Below the pieces are notes generated by a model. That model was not told the origin of the DNA and did not search any database. It worked only from the letters and a program-made list of their open reading frames with translations. From Candidatus Multivorans sp. (GTDB taxonomy: Bacteria; Acidobacteriota; Thermoanaerobaculia; Multivoradales; Multivoraceae): a DNA stretch of 64,000 bases. The stretch covers positions 1,152,001 through 1,216,000 of the forward strand of contig OZ245033.1 of assembly GCA_965224025.1 (NCBI GenBank), written 5' to 3'. Position numbers and translations under genes: made by a program. Positions 23,031 to 32,029 of this stretch are shown here, in pieces (within the stretch, counting starts at the first letter, position 1; every line of letters starts with the position of its first letter).

Positions 23031-25067
23031 CTACTCCGGCAGGCTGAACGCGACGTACTCGCCCCCCGAGGGCCCTCCCGTCCTACCGCCGCCCGCGGCG
23101 ATCACGACGTACTGCTTGCCGTCCACGCTGTAGACGGCCGGTGTCGCGTACGCCGCGGCCGACAGCTTGGTCTCCCACGGGATCTCGCCGTTCCGCGTGT
23201 CGTAGGCGCGGAACTTCTCGTCCGGCGTCGCGGCGATGAAGATGAGGCCGGAGGCCGTCACCACCGGGCCGCCGTAGTTCACGGCGCCGAAGCCGAGATC
23301 GGGGTGCGAGGGATAGTCGCCGAACGGCACCTTCCAGGCGATCTCGCCGGTCGAAAGATCGATCGAGTTCAGCGTGCCCCAGGGCGGGGAGTTGCCGGGC
23401 AGGTTCTCATGGTCGCGCAGGTAGACGTAGCCGCCGAGGACGTAGGCGACCTCGCCTCTGGGCTCGTCGACCTCGGGTTCGGGATCGAGGATGTACGCCT
23501 CGATGGCGCCGAGCTCGACCCGGTTGAGATGGTCGAAGCCCTCCATGCGGCCGCTGCCCTCGCGGACAATGCGGCGAATCTCGGCAAGCTCCATGCGATC
23601 GCCGACGCCGAGCAGGGGGGCCGCCATGTCGGTGCCCTCGAGTTTCAGCCCGTGACACCGGCCGCAGTGCCGCGCATAGGTGCCGTACCGGCTGAAGCCG
23701 ACGGGCACTTCGGTGAGATTCAGAATGCCGGCGACATCGTTCGCATTGACGATCAGATGGTTGGTGTTCGGGTCGAACGCCGAGCCGCCCCACTCGCCGC
23801 CGCCGTCGTACCACGGCATGAAGAGCACGGTGCCGACCTTGGGCGGCGCCCAGGGGCGCAGATCCCAGTCCTTGATCCGCTCCTCGACGAATTCGCGCGC
23901 CGCCGGGGTGCGGTTCGTGATCTCGACGTCCTGCCGACTGATGACCACGGCCGAAAGCGGCTGCGTCGGCGCCGTCACCTCGCCAGGGAGCGTGCTTGGA
24001 ATCGGCGTTTCGATCTCGTGGATGGGGTACATCGACTCGCCGGTCTCCCGGTCGAAGACGTAGAGCTGCCCCGTCTTCGTCGTGATGGCCACGGCATCGA
24101 TCGTCTGGCCGTCGCGTTCGAGCTGAACCAGGGTCGGCGGCGAGGGGTTGTCCTTGTCCCAGAGGTCGTGGCGGACGACCTGAAAGTGCCACGTCAGTTC
24201 GCCGGTGCGCGCGTCGACCGCCACCAGGGAGTCCGAGAACAGGTTGCCGCCCAGGCGGTTCGCGCCGTAGAAGTCGGGGGTCGCCGACCCGGTCGGCGCG
24301 AACAGGATGCCGCGCTCCTCGTCGAGCGCCATGCCGGACCAGACGTTGGCGCCGCCGGCCCGCTCGAGCGATCCTTCGGCCCAGGTCTCGGAACCGAAAT
24401 CGCCCGGCGCCGGAATGGTGTCGAACTGCCAGACCAGGCTGCCGTCCACCGCGCTGAAGGCCCGAATCGAACCTGGGTACGCGTTGGCGTCCTCGTTGGT
24501 TGAGAAGCCCAAGATCAGCTTGTCCTCGAAGACGACGCCGGGCACGGTGATGTAGATGCGACCGTCTCGGTCCACGTCGGGCGTGAGGTCGAGTCCGCCG
24601 CCGTCGCCGAAGCTCTCGACCGGCGTGCCGTCGTCTGCGTTGAGCGCGATCAGGTCCTTGCCGTGAGTGAAGAAGAGGCGCCTGTCGTCGCCCTTCTCCC
24701 ACCACATCAGTCCCCGCTGGGCGTTGCCCGGCAGGCCCAGGTCGGAGCGCCAGATCTCCTCGCCCGTGGCCGCGTTCAGGGCGAACGCCTCGAGCTGGGG
24801 CGACAGCGCGTAGAGCACCCCGTCGATGACCAGGGGGCTCGTGTACATCGTGGCGCCCGCTCCCCGGGGCTCGCCCGAGTCATAGACCCAGGCGACTTCG
24901 AGCTGGCTCACGTTGTCCCGGTTGATCTCGGTCAGCGGGCTGTAGTGCTGGCGGCCCGAGTCGCCGAGGTAGACGGGCCAGTCTTCATCGGTGGGACCGC
25001 AAGCAGTGATCAGAAACGCCACCACGAGGGGCGCGGCGCGGTTCGAGGCCGGTCGAGCGGATCGCAT
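23031..25067 (-). CDS. PQQ-dependent dehydrogenase (glucose/quinate-type) with inserted c-type heme domain; probable lipoprotein
   Basis: WPVYLGD..QHYSPL.EINRDNV, GGANVW, HDLWDKD, GGGEWGG, PPWGTL, YATPAVY; CGRCH heme motif; lipobox-like LITAC. Confidence 0.9.
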   Translation of the reverse strand: MRSARPASNRAAPLVVAFLITACGPTDEDWPVYLGDSGRQHYSPLTEINRDNVSQLEVAWVYDSGEPRGAGATMYTSPLVIDGVLYALSPQLEAFALNAATGEEIWRSDLGLPGNAQRGLMWWEKGDDRRLFFTHGKDLIALNADDGTPVESFGDGGGLDLTPDVDRDGRIYITVPGVVFEDKLILGFSTNEDANAYPGSIRAFSAVDGSLVWQFDTIPAPGDFGSETWAEGSLERAGGANVWSGMALDEERGILFAPTGSATPDFYGANRLGGNLFSDSLVAVDARTGELTWHFQVVRHDLWDKDNPSPPTLVQLERDGQTIDAVAITTKTGQLYVFDRETGESMYPIHEIETPIPSTLPGEVTAPTQPLSAVVISRQDVEITNRTPAAREFVEERIKDWDLRPWAPPKVGTVLFMPWYDGGGEWGGSAFDPNTNHLIVNANDVAGILNLTEVPVGFSRYGTYARHCGRCHGLKLEGTDMAAPLLGVGDRMELAEIRRIVREGSGRMEGFDHLNRVELGAIEAYILDPEPEVDEPRGEVAYVLGGYVYLRDHENLPGNSPPWGTLNSIDLSTGEIAWKVPFGDYPSHPDLGFGAVNYGGPVVTASGLIFIAATPDEKFRAYDTRNGEIPWETKLSAAAYATPAVYSVDGKQYVVIAAGGGRTGGPSGGEYVAFSLPE

Positions 25068-25169
25068 GGCGAGCAATCGTACTTGCTCGTCGGAGACTGC
25101 TTCTTCCTCGGAGTCGCGTGTATCCTGAGCGGTACAAGTCCAAACGCGGTTCGAAAGGGGAACGACCCG

Positions 25170-26639
25170 ATGAAGAGGCTCACCCTGTCATCCATGCGTC
25201 CGATGACGGACGCATGGACTGCTTCACGAGTGGCGCGGATCGCGCCACTCGGGTTCGTTTTCTCGAGCTTCCTGCTGGCGGCGACGGCTGCCGCGCAGGA
25301 GCCACCGAACATCGTCCTGCTGTTCGCCGACGACCTCGGCTACGGCGCCATCTCCGCTTACGGAGGCGCCGGGATCCCGACGCCGAACATCGACTCGCTC
25401 GGCGAGGACGGAGTGCGCTTCGTGTCCGGCTACATGACCGCGCCGGTCTGCAACCCGTCGCGCAACGGCCTGATCACCGGCCGCTACCAGCAGCGCTGGG
25501 GCAAGGAGCTGAACTCCCAGACCGTACCGCCGATCGGCGCTGCCAGGGGGACTCTCGGCATCCACCACCAAACGATCGGCGACGCGCTCCAGACCGCCGG
25601 CTACACGAACGCTGCGGTCGGCAAGTGGCAATTGGGGATGCGGCGGCTCCTCCACCCGCTCGACCGCGGCTTCGACTACTTCTACGGCATGCCGTCGGGC
25701 ATGAACTACGTCGACCCGAGCTGGCCCGGCGCTCACGCGCTGGAGATGAAGCCGGTCACCCGAGGAAGTCCGGACCGCATCGTCGCGATGTTCAAGGGCC
25801 GCGAGGAGGACGAGCTCAAGGAGTACCAGACCACCCAGCTCGCCCGCGAGGGAACCGACTTCATCGACCGCAACAAGGACAACCCCTTCTTCCTCTACCT
25901 CGCCTTCTACGCGGTGCATGCTCCGATGCAGGTGATGGACGAGCACTACCAGCGCTTCCCGGACTTCGACGACCAGTACCGGCGCGTGTACGCCGGCATG
26001 GTCAGCGCGCTGGACGACGCCGTCGGCATGGTCCTGGCCAAGCTCGAGGAACACGGTTTGGCCGACAACACGCTGGTCATCTTCACCGCCGACAACGGCG
26101 CCATGTCCACGCAGGACACCGAGCGGATTCACAACAGCCCGCTGATCGGCCACAAGCGGAACCTGTACGAGGGCGGCATCCGGGTGCCCTTCCTGATGCG
26201 CTTCCCCGGCCGCATTCCCGCGGGCACGGTCTACGAGCACCCGATCAGCTCGCTGGACATCTTCGCCACTTCGGTGAGCCTGGCGGCGGTGCCGGACGTG
26301 GAGCGCTACCAGCTCGACGGCGTCGATCTGTTGCCGTACCTCGCCGGCGAGCAGGAGGGCGCGCCGCACGAGTACCTGTTCTGGCGCTCGGGGCCGAACG
26401 CCGCGGTCCGCCACGGTTCCTGGAAGCTCCTGATGGCTGGAGGCCTGGAGCGGCTCTACGACGTCGACCGGGATTCGAGCGAATCAGAGGACCTGGCCGC
26501 CGCGAACCCGGATATCGTCGCGAAGCTGAAGGAGGCGTTCGCGCGCTGGAACGAGGAGATGGAGGACGGCCGGATGTCACCGCCCGCCCGGCGCGCGACG
26601 ACGACCTACAACGGCGACACCATCGAGTGGCACATCTAG
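25170..26639 (+). CDS. Arylsulfatase (Cys-type, FGly-dependent)
   Basis: PNIVLLFADDLG, CNPSR (CxPxR), GKWQLG, FTADNG, LYEGGIRVP; signal peptide. Confidence 0.93.
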   Translation: MKRLTLSSMRPMTDAWTASRVARIAPLGFVFSSFLLAATAAAQEPPNIVLLFADDLGYGAISAYGGAGIPTPNIDSLGEDGVRFVSGYMTAPVCNPSRNGLITGRYQQRWGKELNSQTVPPIGAARGTLGIHHQTIGDALQTAGYTNAAVGKWQLGMRRLLHPLDRGFDYFYGMPSGMNYVDPSWPGAHALEMKPVTRGSPDRIVAMFKGREEDELKEYQTTQLAREGTDFIDRNKDNPFFLYLAFYAVHAPMQVMDEHYQRFPDFDDQYRRVYAGMVSALDDAVGMVLAKLEEHGLADNTLVIFTADNGAMSTQDTERIHNSPLIGHKRNLYEGGIRVPFLMRFPGRIPAGTVYEHPISSLDIFATSVSLAAVPDVERYQLDGVDLLPYLAGEQEGAPHEYLFWRSGPNAAVRHGSWKLLMAGGLERLYDVDRDSSESEDLAAANPDIVAKLKEAFARWNEEMEDGRMSPPARRATTTYNGDTIEWHI

Positions 26640-26731
26640 GAGTGTCCGCAGCGTTGTCGCTGCGCTGTCGCGCAGGGAACAGGCAGCGAGTAGCCAACGT
26701 TACAGCGGCGTCGTGGGTTCATAGAGTTGGC

Positions 26732-26887
26732 CGCGCTGGGCAGCGAGGCCGCGCAGGCACTGGTGTGTTGGCGCCCGACTAGGAGTTTGGCCCGGACCGT
26801 GATCGGCGCTCTGACGCTGGCGGCGCGGCTTGTGTCGCGACCCCGTATGCAAGATTGAGCTTTTCGCCGCGGTCTCTGCCCAGCGCG
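26732..26887 (+). ncRNA. Candidate IS110 bridge RNA
   Basis: Closing stem 26732-26753/26868-26887 encloses two parallel loops containing CTAGGAGT (target junction) and ATGCAAG (donor junction). RNA ends are unknown. Confidence 0.7.
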
Positions 26888-26920
26888 ACGATTGGATTCC
26901 ACATCTACGGGAGGCAGGGG

Positions 26921-28240
26921 ATGGCAAAGCGGAAGGCGGAGCGTCTGGAAGTCGTTCACCCGGATTGCGCCGGTGTGGACGTAGGCAAGCGCAAGCACTA
27001 CGTGGCGGTGGCCCCGTCGCGTTTCGAGCGGCCGGTGCGCAATTTCTCGTCGTTCACGGAGGACCTCGAGGTGATGGCCTCGTGGCTTCAGGAGTGCGGC
27101 GTGCGTGAGGTGGCGCTGGAGTCGACGGGGGTGTACTGGATTCCGGTGTTCGAGGTGCTGGACCGGGCGGGGTTCGAGGTGCATCTGGTGAATCCTCGGG
27201 CGACCAAGCAGGTGAGTGGCCGCAAGAGTGACGTTCTGGACTGCCAGTGGATCCGGCAGTTGATGAGCTACGGGCTCCTGCGCGGTGCGTTTCGCGCGCC
27301 GGACGAGTTGTGTCCGCTGCGTTCGTACACGCGGCAGCGCGCCCAGTTGGTCCGCGACCGCAGCCGCGCGGTGCAGCACATCCAGAAGGCTCTGGTGCAG
27401 ATGAACGTGCAGTTGGACAACGTGCTGAGCGACATCATGGGCAAGACCGGCCAGTTGATCGTGCGCGCGATCGTCGCCGGCGAGCGCGACGGCGCGGCGC
27501 TGGCCCGTCACCGGGACGGTCGCTGCAAGGCTGGTCCGGCTGTGATCGCGGCGAGTTTGCAAGGCAACTGGCGAGACGAGCACCTGTTCGCTCTGGGCCA
27601 GGCGCTGGCCCGCTACGACATGCTGCAAGGCCAGATCGAGATGTGCGAGAAGCGCATCGACGCCGAGCTCGACGGCCTGGCCCAAGACGGCGTCGAGGAC
27701 GCGCCGCCGCCCGGTTCGAAGGCGCGCGAGCGCGCCCTGCGGAAGCGGCTGCATCGCATGCTCGGCGTGGACCTGGTCGCCATTCCGACGGTCGGCGTCG
27801 AAACCGCGCTGACCTTCGCCGCTGAGATCGGCCCGGACCTGTCCCGGTTTCCCTCGCAGGGCAACTTCTGCTCGTGGCTGTGTCTGGCTCCACCGACCAA
27901 CATCAGCGGCGACAAACGGCTGAACGGCCCTCCCGTGAAGCAGACCAACCGGGTCGGCCAGACGCTGCGCCAAGCCGCCACCACAGCCCGCAACAGCAAG
28001 ACCGCCATCGGAGCCTCTCACCGCCGGCGTCTCCAGCACATGGAGAAGGCGAAGGCCATCAAGGCCACCGCTCATCAACTCGGCCGACTGATCTACGCCA
28101 TGCTGACCCACGGCGAAGAGTACGTCGAGCGCGACCTCGCCGAAATGGAGGCCGTCCGACGCGAACGACAAATCAGAAACCTGCAGCGTCAGGCCCGCCG
28201 CCTGAATCTGGCTCTCGTGCCGACCGAACATGCCGCCTGA
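26921..28240 (+). CDS. IS110-family DEDD recombinase/transposase
   Basis: AGVDVGK, ALESTGVYW, GRKSDVLD (DEDD), C-terminal ISGDK serine loop; intact frame, RBS GGAGG. Confidence 0.96.
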   Translation: MAKRKAERLEVVHPDCAGVDVGKRKHYVAVAPSRFERPVRNFSSFTEDLEVMASWLQECGVREVALESTGVYWIPVFEVLDRAGFEVHLVNPRATKQVSGRKSDVLDCQWIRQLMSYGLLRGAFRAPDELCPLRSYTRQRAQLVRDRSRAVQHIQKALVQMNVQLDNVLSDIMGKTGQLIVRAIVAGERDGAALARHRDGRCKAGPAVIAASLQGNWRDEHLFALGQALARYDMLQGQIEMCEKRIDAELDGLAQDGVEDAPPPGSKARERALRKRLHRMLGVDLVAIPTVGVETALTFAAEIGPDLSRFPSQGNFCSWLCLAPPTNISGDKRLNGPPVKQTNRVGQTLRQAATTARNSKTAIGASHRRRLQHMEKAKAIKATAHQLGRLIYAMLTHGEEYVERDLAEMEAVRRERQIRNLQRQARRLNLALVPTEHAA

Positions 28241-28292
28241 ATCGCGCAACCTGCGCTGCCAACAAGGAACCCCTACCCGTTTGTTCCATGCA

Positions 28293-28344
28293 AGTCTGCG
28301 CGGCAGAAACGCAACATGGTGAGTTCTGGCGCGCAGACTCCTGG
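28293..28344. mobile_element. 49-bp MITE with 17-bp TIRs, interrupted by the IS110 (its first bases lie at 26636-26643)
   Basis: Reconstructed CTAG-GAGTCTGCGCGGCAGAA-N15-TTCTGGCGCGCAGACTC-CTGG. Confidence 0.7.
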
Positions 28345-28465
28345 CGAGGCTTCGCCTCAGACCGACGAGCATGTCCTTGCGGGCTACGCGAGCCGACGTA
28401 TCGATGCATGGCTCTGGCTGAAACTTGCCTCAACTGTAAAGACCACGCTCGTTCAAGGAGTCTAG
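28345..28465. repeat. 117-bp non-coding unit plus CTAG, copy 1
   Basis: Near-identical to 57093-57209; begins with hairpin GAGGC-TTC-GCCTC and ends GTTCAAGGAGT-CTAG. Confidence 0.9.
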
Positions 28466-28681
28466 TGAGGTGGGGGCTGGGGCCAAACACGGAGCTGCGA
28501 CGGGTTGGCGGCTCTAGCCCGCATGCCTCGCCGATCCTCTTGGTGTGGATCCTCGTTCGGCGGGGATAGACTTCAGTCCCTTGCCGGGGCTCTGCAGTGC
28601 CGTGAGATGGCCTGCCCTCGCTCCGTAAAGCGGACGCCTCCGACCGGAGACGTTCCCTGAAGCAGGGAGAACAAGATCGAG

Positions 28682-28804
28682 ATGACGACCCACGACACAA
28701 CCGCGGCGCTTGCCGGGCCCGGCGGCTTTGCCGACATCCGGGCGACCGGCAGCAGTGCCTGCATCGTCAACGCGCCGGACTTCAAGCCGCACGCCTTCTC
28801 CTGA
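28682..28804 (+). CDS. Possible 40-aa small protein or truncated gene start
   Basis: MTTHDTTAALAGPGGFADIRATGSSACIVNAPDFKPHAFS*, GC3-rich codons, AGGGAG upstream; below the ORF-track cut-off. Confidence 0.35.
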   Translation: MTTHDTTAALAGPGGFADIRATGSSACIVNAPDFKPHAFS

Positions 28805-28944
28805 TCGCGGGTGACTCCGGCGACACCGGCCGGAAGGCCGGCGTACCGGGAGCTGCGGCGCCGGCGTGCAGGGGGCGTATTGCTGCGGTTCGGAAGCCGC
28901 GGCGCCTAGCGCCTCCGGTAGAGTGAGCCGCTTAGGAGGCCACG

Positions 28945-30063
28945 TTGACCACAGAGAATTCCACACCGACGAACCGATCCGTTTGGGGCGTCCACGCGGC
29001 CGTCTACGCGGTCCTGCTTGCAGTCATCGCGTTCCTGGTCCTGCGCCCCGAGCCCGGGGCCTCGGCCCAGGAGGCGAGCGCTCAGGACCAGGCGGCCGCG
29101 CGGCTCGACGGCGTGGACATCGGCCACGGCGAGGCGCTTGATCGGGCGGCCGCGCAGTTGGACGAGTTGGAGCAGCAGCGCGTCCAGTGCGACCTGCAGG
29201 TCAACTCCGAGCGGCATGGCCTGATCGAGCGGACGCTCGAGGGGATCGTCCGCGACCGCCTGGTCATTGCTGCTGCCGGGGAGGCGGGTCTGGCGCCCGA
29301 GGTCTGGCGGGAGGCGGAGATGGAGCGTCTCCAGGCCGAGCTTTCGGACGAGGACATCGACGCCTTCTTCACCGAGAACGAGGGCCGCATCCGGGGTGAG
29401 CGGGAGGAACTCGAGCCTCAGGTCCGGGTGTACCTGGCCCAGCAGCGGTTCGTGGAGTTTCTCGAGGACGGGCACGAGATCGAGTATCTGGTCGAGCCGT
29501 ACCGTCTCTCGGTCGATCCCGCGACCGGGCCGGCACGAGGCGGGGCCGAGGCGCTGGTGACGATCGTGGAGTGGTCGGACTTCGAGTGCCCGTACTGCAA
29601 GCGGATCCTGCCGACCCTGGAACAGCTCTTCGAGGAGTACCCGACGGAGGTGCGCCTGGTGTTCCGTCACTTCCCGCTGCACGCGATCCATCCCAACGCC
29701 CAGGCCGCGGCCGAGGCCGCGGTGTGCGCCCAGGACCAGGGCGCCTTCTGGGCGCTGCACGACCTGATGTTCGAGGAGCAGGACACGCTTGGCGTGGACG
29801 ACCTGAAAGACAAGGCGGAGAGGGCCGGCCTCGACGCGGAGGCCTTCGCGGCTTGCATGGAGGCCGAGGACACGCCGGGTCGCGTGGAGGCCGACCGGCG
29901 GGCCGGGATCGAGGTCGGGGTCAACGGGACGCCGGCGCTGTTCGTGAACGGCCGGCCGCTCGCGGGGGCGGTCGCCTACGAAGAGTTGGCCGGGGTGGTC
30001 GAGGACGAGCTCGTTCGGACCGCGGCGGGAGGGCAGTCGTCGGACTCGGGGAAGGGGCTTTGA
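28945..30063 (+). CDS. Membrane-anchored DsbA-family thiol-disulfide oxidoreductase
   Basis: TTG after AGGAGG; N-terminal TM; EWSDFECPYC, FRHFPL, GVNGTPALFVNG. Confidence 0.9.
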   Translation: MTTENSTPTNRSVWGVHAAVYAVLLAVIAFLVLRPEPGASAQEASAQDQAAARLDGVDIGHGEALDRAAAQLDELEQQRVQCDLQVNSERHGLIERTLEGIVRDRLVIAAAGEAGLAPEVWREAEMERLQAELSDEDIDAFFTENEGRIRGEREELEPQVRVYLAQQRFVEFLEDGHEIEYLVEPYRLSVDPATGPARGGAEALVTIVEWSDFECPYCKRILPTLEQLFEEYPTEVRLVFRHFPLHAIHPNAQAAAEAAVCAQDQGAFWALHDLMFEEQDTLGVDDLKDKAERAGLDAEAFAACMEAEDTPGRVEADRRAGIEVGVNGTPALFVNGRPLAGAVAYEELAGVVEDELVRTAAGGQSSDSGKGL

Positions 30064-30172
30064 TGCTGGATGAGCGGGCGGGTGGCTGACGGCACAGCTT
30101 CGTGGTCGCGGGCGCCGTACCGGCCGCCGGCCGAGTTTCCGAGAGGCTGGTCGTCGAGATGCGAGCGGGAGC

Positions 30173-30889
30173 GTGACTGATACCGGCGCTCCCGTCTTCG
30201 TCCCGTACCGGCCCCCGCGCGTCGAACCGGCGGAGATGGAGCGACGGGCGGACCGGATCTTCAAGGAGTTCGACAGCCGGCGGAGCGTGCGTTTCTTCAC
30301 CGACGAGCCGGTGTCCCGCCGGCTGATCGAACGGGCGATCGAGGCCGCGTCGACCGCGCCGTCGGGAGCGCATCGCCAGCCGTGGCGGTTCGTGGCGGTC
30401 AGCGACCCCGGGATCAAGGCGCGGATCCGGGAGGCGGCGGAGGCCGAAGAGAAGCACGGCTATCTCGGTGGGCGCATGCCCGACGAGTGGCTGGAGGCGC
30501 TCAAGCCGCTGGGCACGGACTGGCGGAAGCCGTTCCTGACCACCGTGCCCTGGATCGTCGTCGTGTTCGCCGAGCTCTTCGGCTTTGACGAGCAGGGGGC
30601 GAAGCGGAAGAACTACTACGTCAAGGAGAGCGTCGGCATCGCCTGCGGGCTGTTCATCGCCGCCCTGCACGGGATGGGACTCGCCACCCTGACCCACACG
30701 CCGAGCCCGATGGCCTTCCTGAGCGAGATCCTCGAGCGGCCGCCGAACGAGAAGCCGTACATTTTGTTCCCGGTCGGCTACCCGGCGCCGGACTGCGAGG
30801 TGCCCGACCTGCGGCGCAAGACGCTGTCCGAGGTGACAGTGTGGCGCCCGGGGCGCACGGATGGCGCCCGCGGCGCGGCCGGCGACTGA
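30173..30889 (+). CDS. Nitroreductase-superfamily protein, iodotyrosine deiodinase type
   Basis: RRSVRFF, TAPSGAHRQPWRFV, REAAEAEE...GRM.DEWL..L.PLGTDWRKPFL, YYVKESVGIA, TLTHTP. Confidence 0.82.
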   Translation: MTDTGAPVFVPYRPPRVEPAEMERRADRIFKEFDSRRSVRFFTDEPVSRRLIERAIEAASTAPSGAHRQPWRFVAVSDPGIKARIREAAEAEEKHGYLGGRMPDEWLEALKPLGTDWRKPFLTTVPWIVVVFAELFGFDEQGAKRKNYYVKESVGIACGLFIAALHGMGLATLTHTPSPMAFLSEILERPPNEKPYILFPVGYPAPDCEVPDLRRKTLSEVTVWRPGRTDGARGAAGD

Positions 30890-30898
30890 GCCGCGACA

Positions 30899-31016
30899 GC
30901 ATGGTGGTCTTCAACCTGGCCGGCGGAGTCGGCCCGCGGTTCTGGCCGGTGAGCAGGGCATGATCGGCCTCATCCTGGCCGGCGGTGTCGGCTCGCGGTT
31001 CTGGCCGGTGAGCAGA
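30899..31016 (+). repeat. Diverged 59-bp tandem duplication of the manC 5' end
   Basis: MVVFNLAGGVGPRFWPVSR (30901) versus MIGLILAGGVGSRFWPVSR (30960). Confidence 0.9.
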
Positions 31017-32015
31017 AGGCGCCGCCCGAAGCAGTTGCTCGATCTGGTCGGGGGCGGCGCCCTGGTGGCCGCCACCGCACGCCGGATCGAACCGCTCTGC
31101 GGCGCGGACGGGACCTGGGTCTGCACGACCGAGGAACTGGCGCCCGCGGTCGCGGCCGAGCTGCCGGGGCTCGCGGCGTCGCGCATCCTGGGCGAGCCGA
31201 GCGGTCGCAACACGGCGCCGGCGATCGGTTGGGCGGTGCGTTCGATGCCGGAGGACATACGGGAGGACGTGATTGCAGTGTTTCCTTCCGACCACTGGGT
31301 CGCCGACGAGGAGGCGTTTCGCCTGGTGCTTCGCCGCGGCGCGGAGTCGATCGAGCGCGGCGATCACGAGGTGGTCACCGTCGGCGTGGCGCCCACCCGG
31401 CCCGAGACCGGCTACGGCTACCTGGAACTTTCGGCGCCCGCCGCCGCGGGCAGCGTGGAGCGTGTGGTGCGGTTCACCGAGAAGCCGGATCCGGAGACGG
31501 CGGCCCACTTCAAAGCCTCTGGTCGCCACTTCTGGAACGCCGGGATCTTCCTGTTCCGGGGTTCCGTTCTACTCGATCTCTACGGCCGGCACCTGCCCGA
31601 ACTGGCCGCTGGCCTCGAGCGTGTGGCGGAAGAAGGCGGCGACCCGGAGCGCCGGCATTCGATCTACGCCGGGTTGGAGTCGGTGTCGATCGACTACGGA
31701 CTGATGGAGCGGCTGTCCTCGATCGGCTCTGTTGTCGCCGACTGCGGTTGGAATGATCTCGGCTCCTGGGCGTCTCTGGCGGAGGCGTTGCCGGCGGACG
31801 GCGACGGCAACCGGACGGTGGGCTCTGCTTTCGCCGTCGATGCCCGCGACAACCTCCTGTTCGCCGACGCCGGCGCCGTGGCGGTGATCGGCGTCGACGG
31901 TCTGGCCATAGTCAGGACCGGCGACGCCGTGCTCGTCGTGCCGCGGGAGCGGGCGCAGGACGTGCGGAAGGTCGTGGAGCAGTTGCGGGCCATGGGCCGC
32001 CGGGATCTGCTCTGA
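30960..32015 (+). CDS. manC: Mannose-1-phosphate guanylyltransferase
   Basis: LAGGVGSRFWPVSR..PKQ, EPSGRNTAPA, PSDH, PETGYGY, FTEKPD, WNAGIF, SIDYGLME, WNDLGSW. Confidence 0.95.
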   Translation: MIGLILAGGVGSRFWPVSRRRRPKQLLDLVGGGALVAATARRIEPLCGADGTWVCTTEELAPAVAAELPGLAASRILGEPSGRNTAPAIGWAVRSMPEDIREDVIAVFPSDHWVADEEAFRLVLRRGAESIERGDHEVVTVGVAPTRPETGYGYLELSAPAAAGSVERVVRFTEKPDPETAAHFKASGRHFWNAGIFLFRGSVLLDLYGRHLPELAAGLERVAEEGGDPERRHSIYAGLESVSIDYGLMERLSSIGSVVADCGWNDLGSWASLAEALPADGDGNRTVGSAFAVDARDNLLFADAGAVAVIGVDGLAIVRTGDAVLVVPRERAQDVRKVVEQLRAMGRRDLL

Positions 32016-32029
32016 GCGCGCTAGCGCCT

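Larger units (their letters stand above)
26641..28295 (+). mobile_element. Complete IS110-family element bounded by a repeated AGT core
   Basis: Left junction CTAGG-AGT-GTCCGC, right junction ATGCA-AGT-CTGCGC. Removing the element restores a 19/21 inverted repeat with 28324-28344. Long non-coding left end, short right end, no TIRs. Confidence 0.88.

Noticed and set aside
28281-28295. Promoter formed at the IS110 circle junction
   Set aside because: TTGTTC could serve as a -35, but the hexamer 17 nt downstream across the junction (CGTTGT) is a poor -10.
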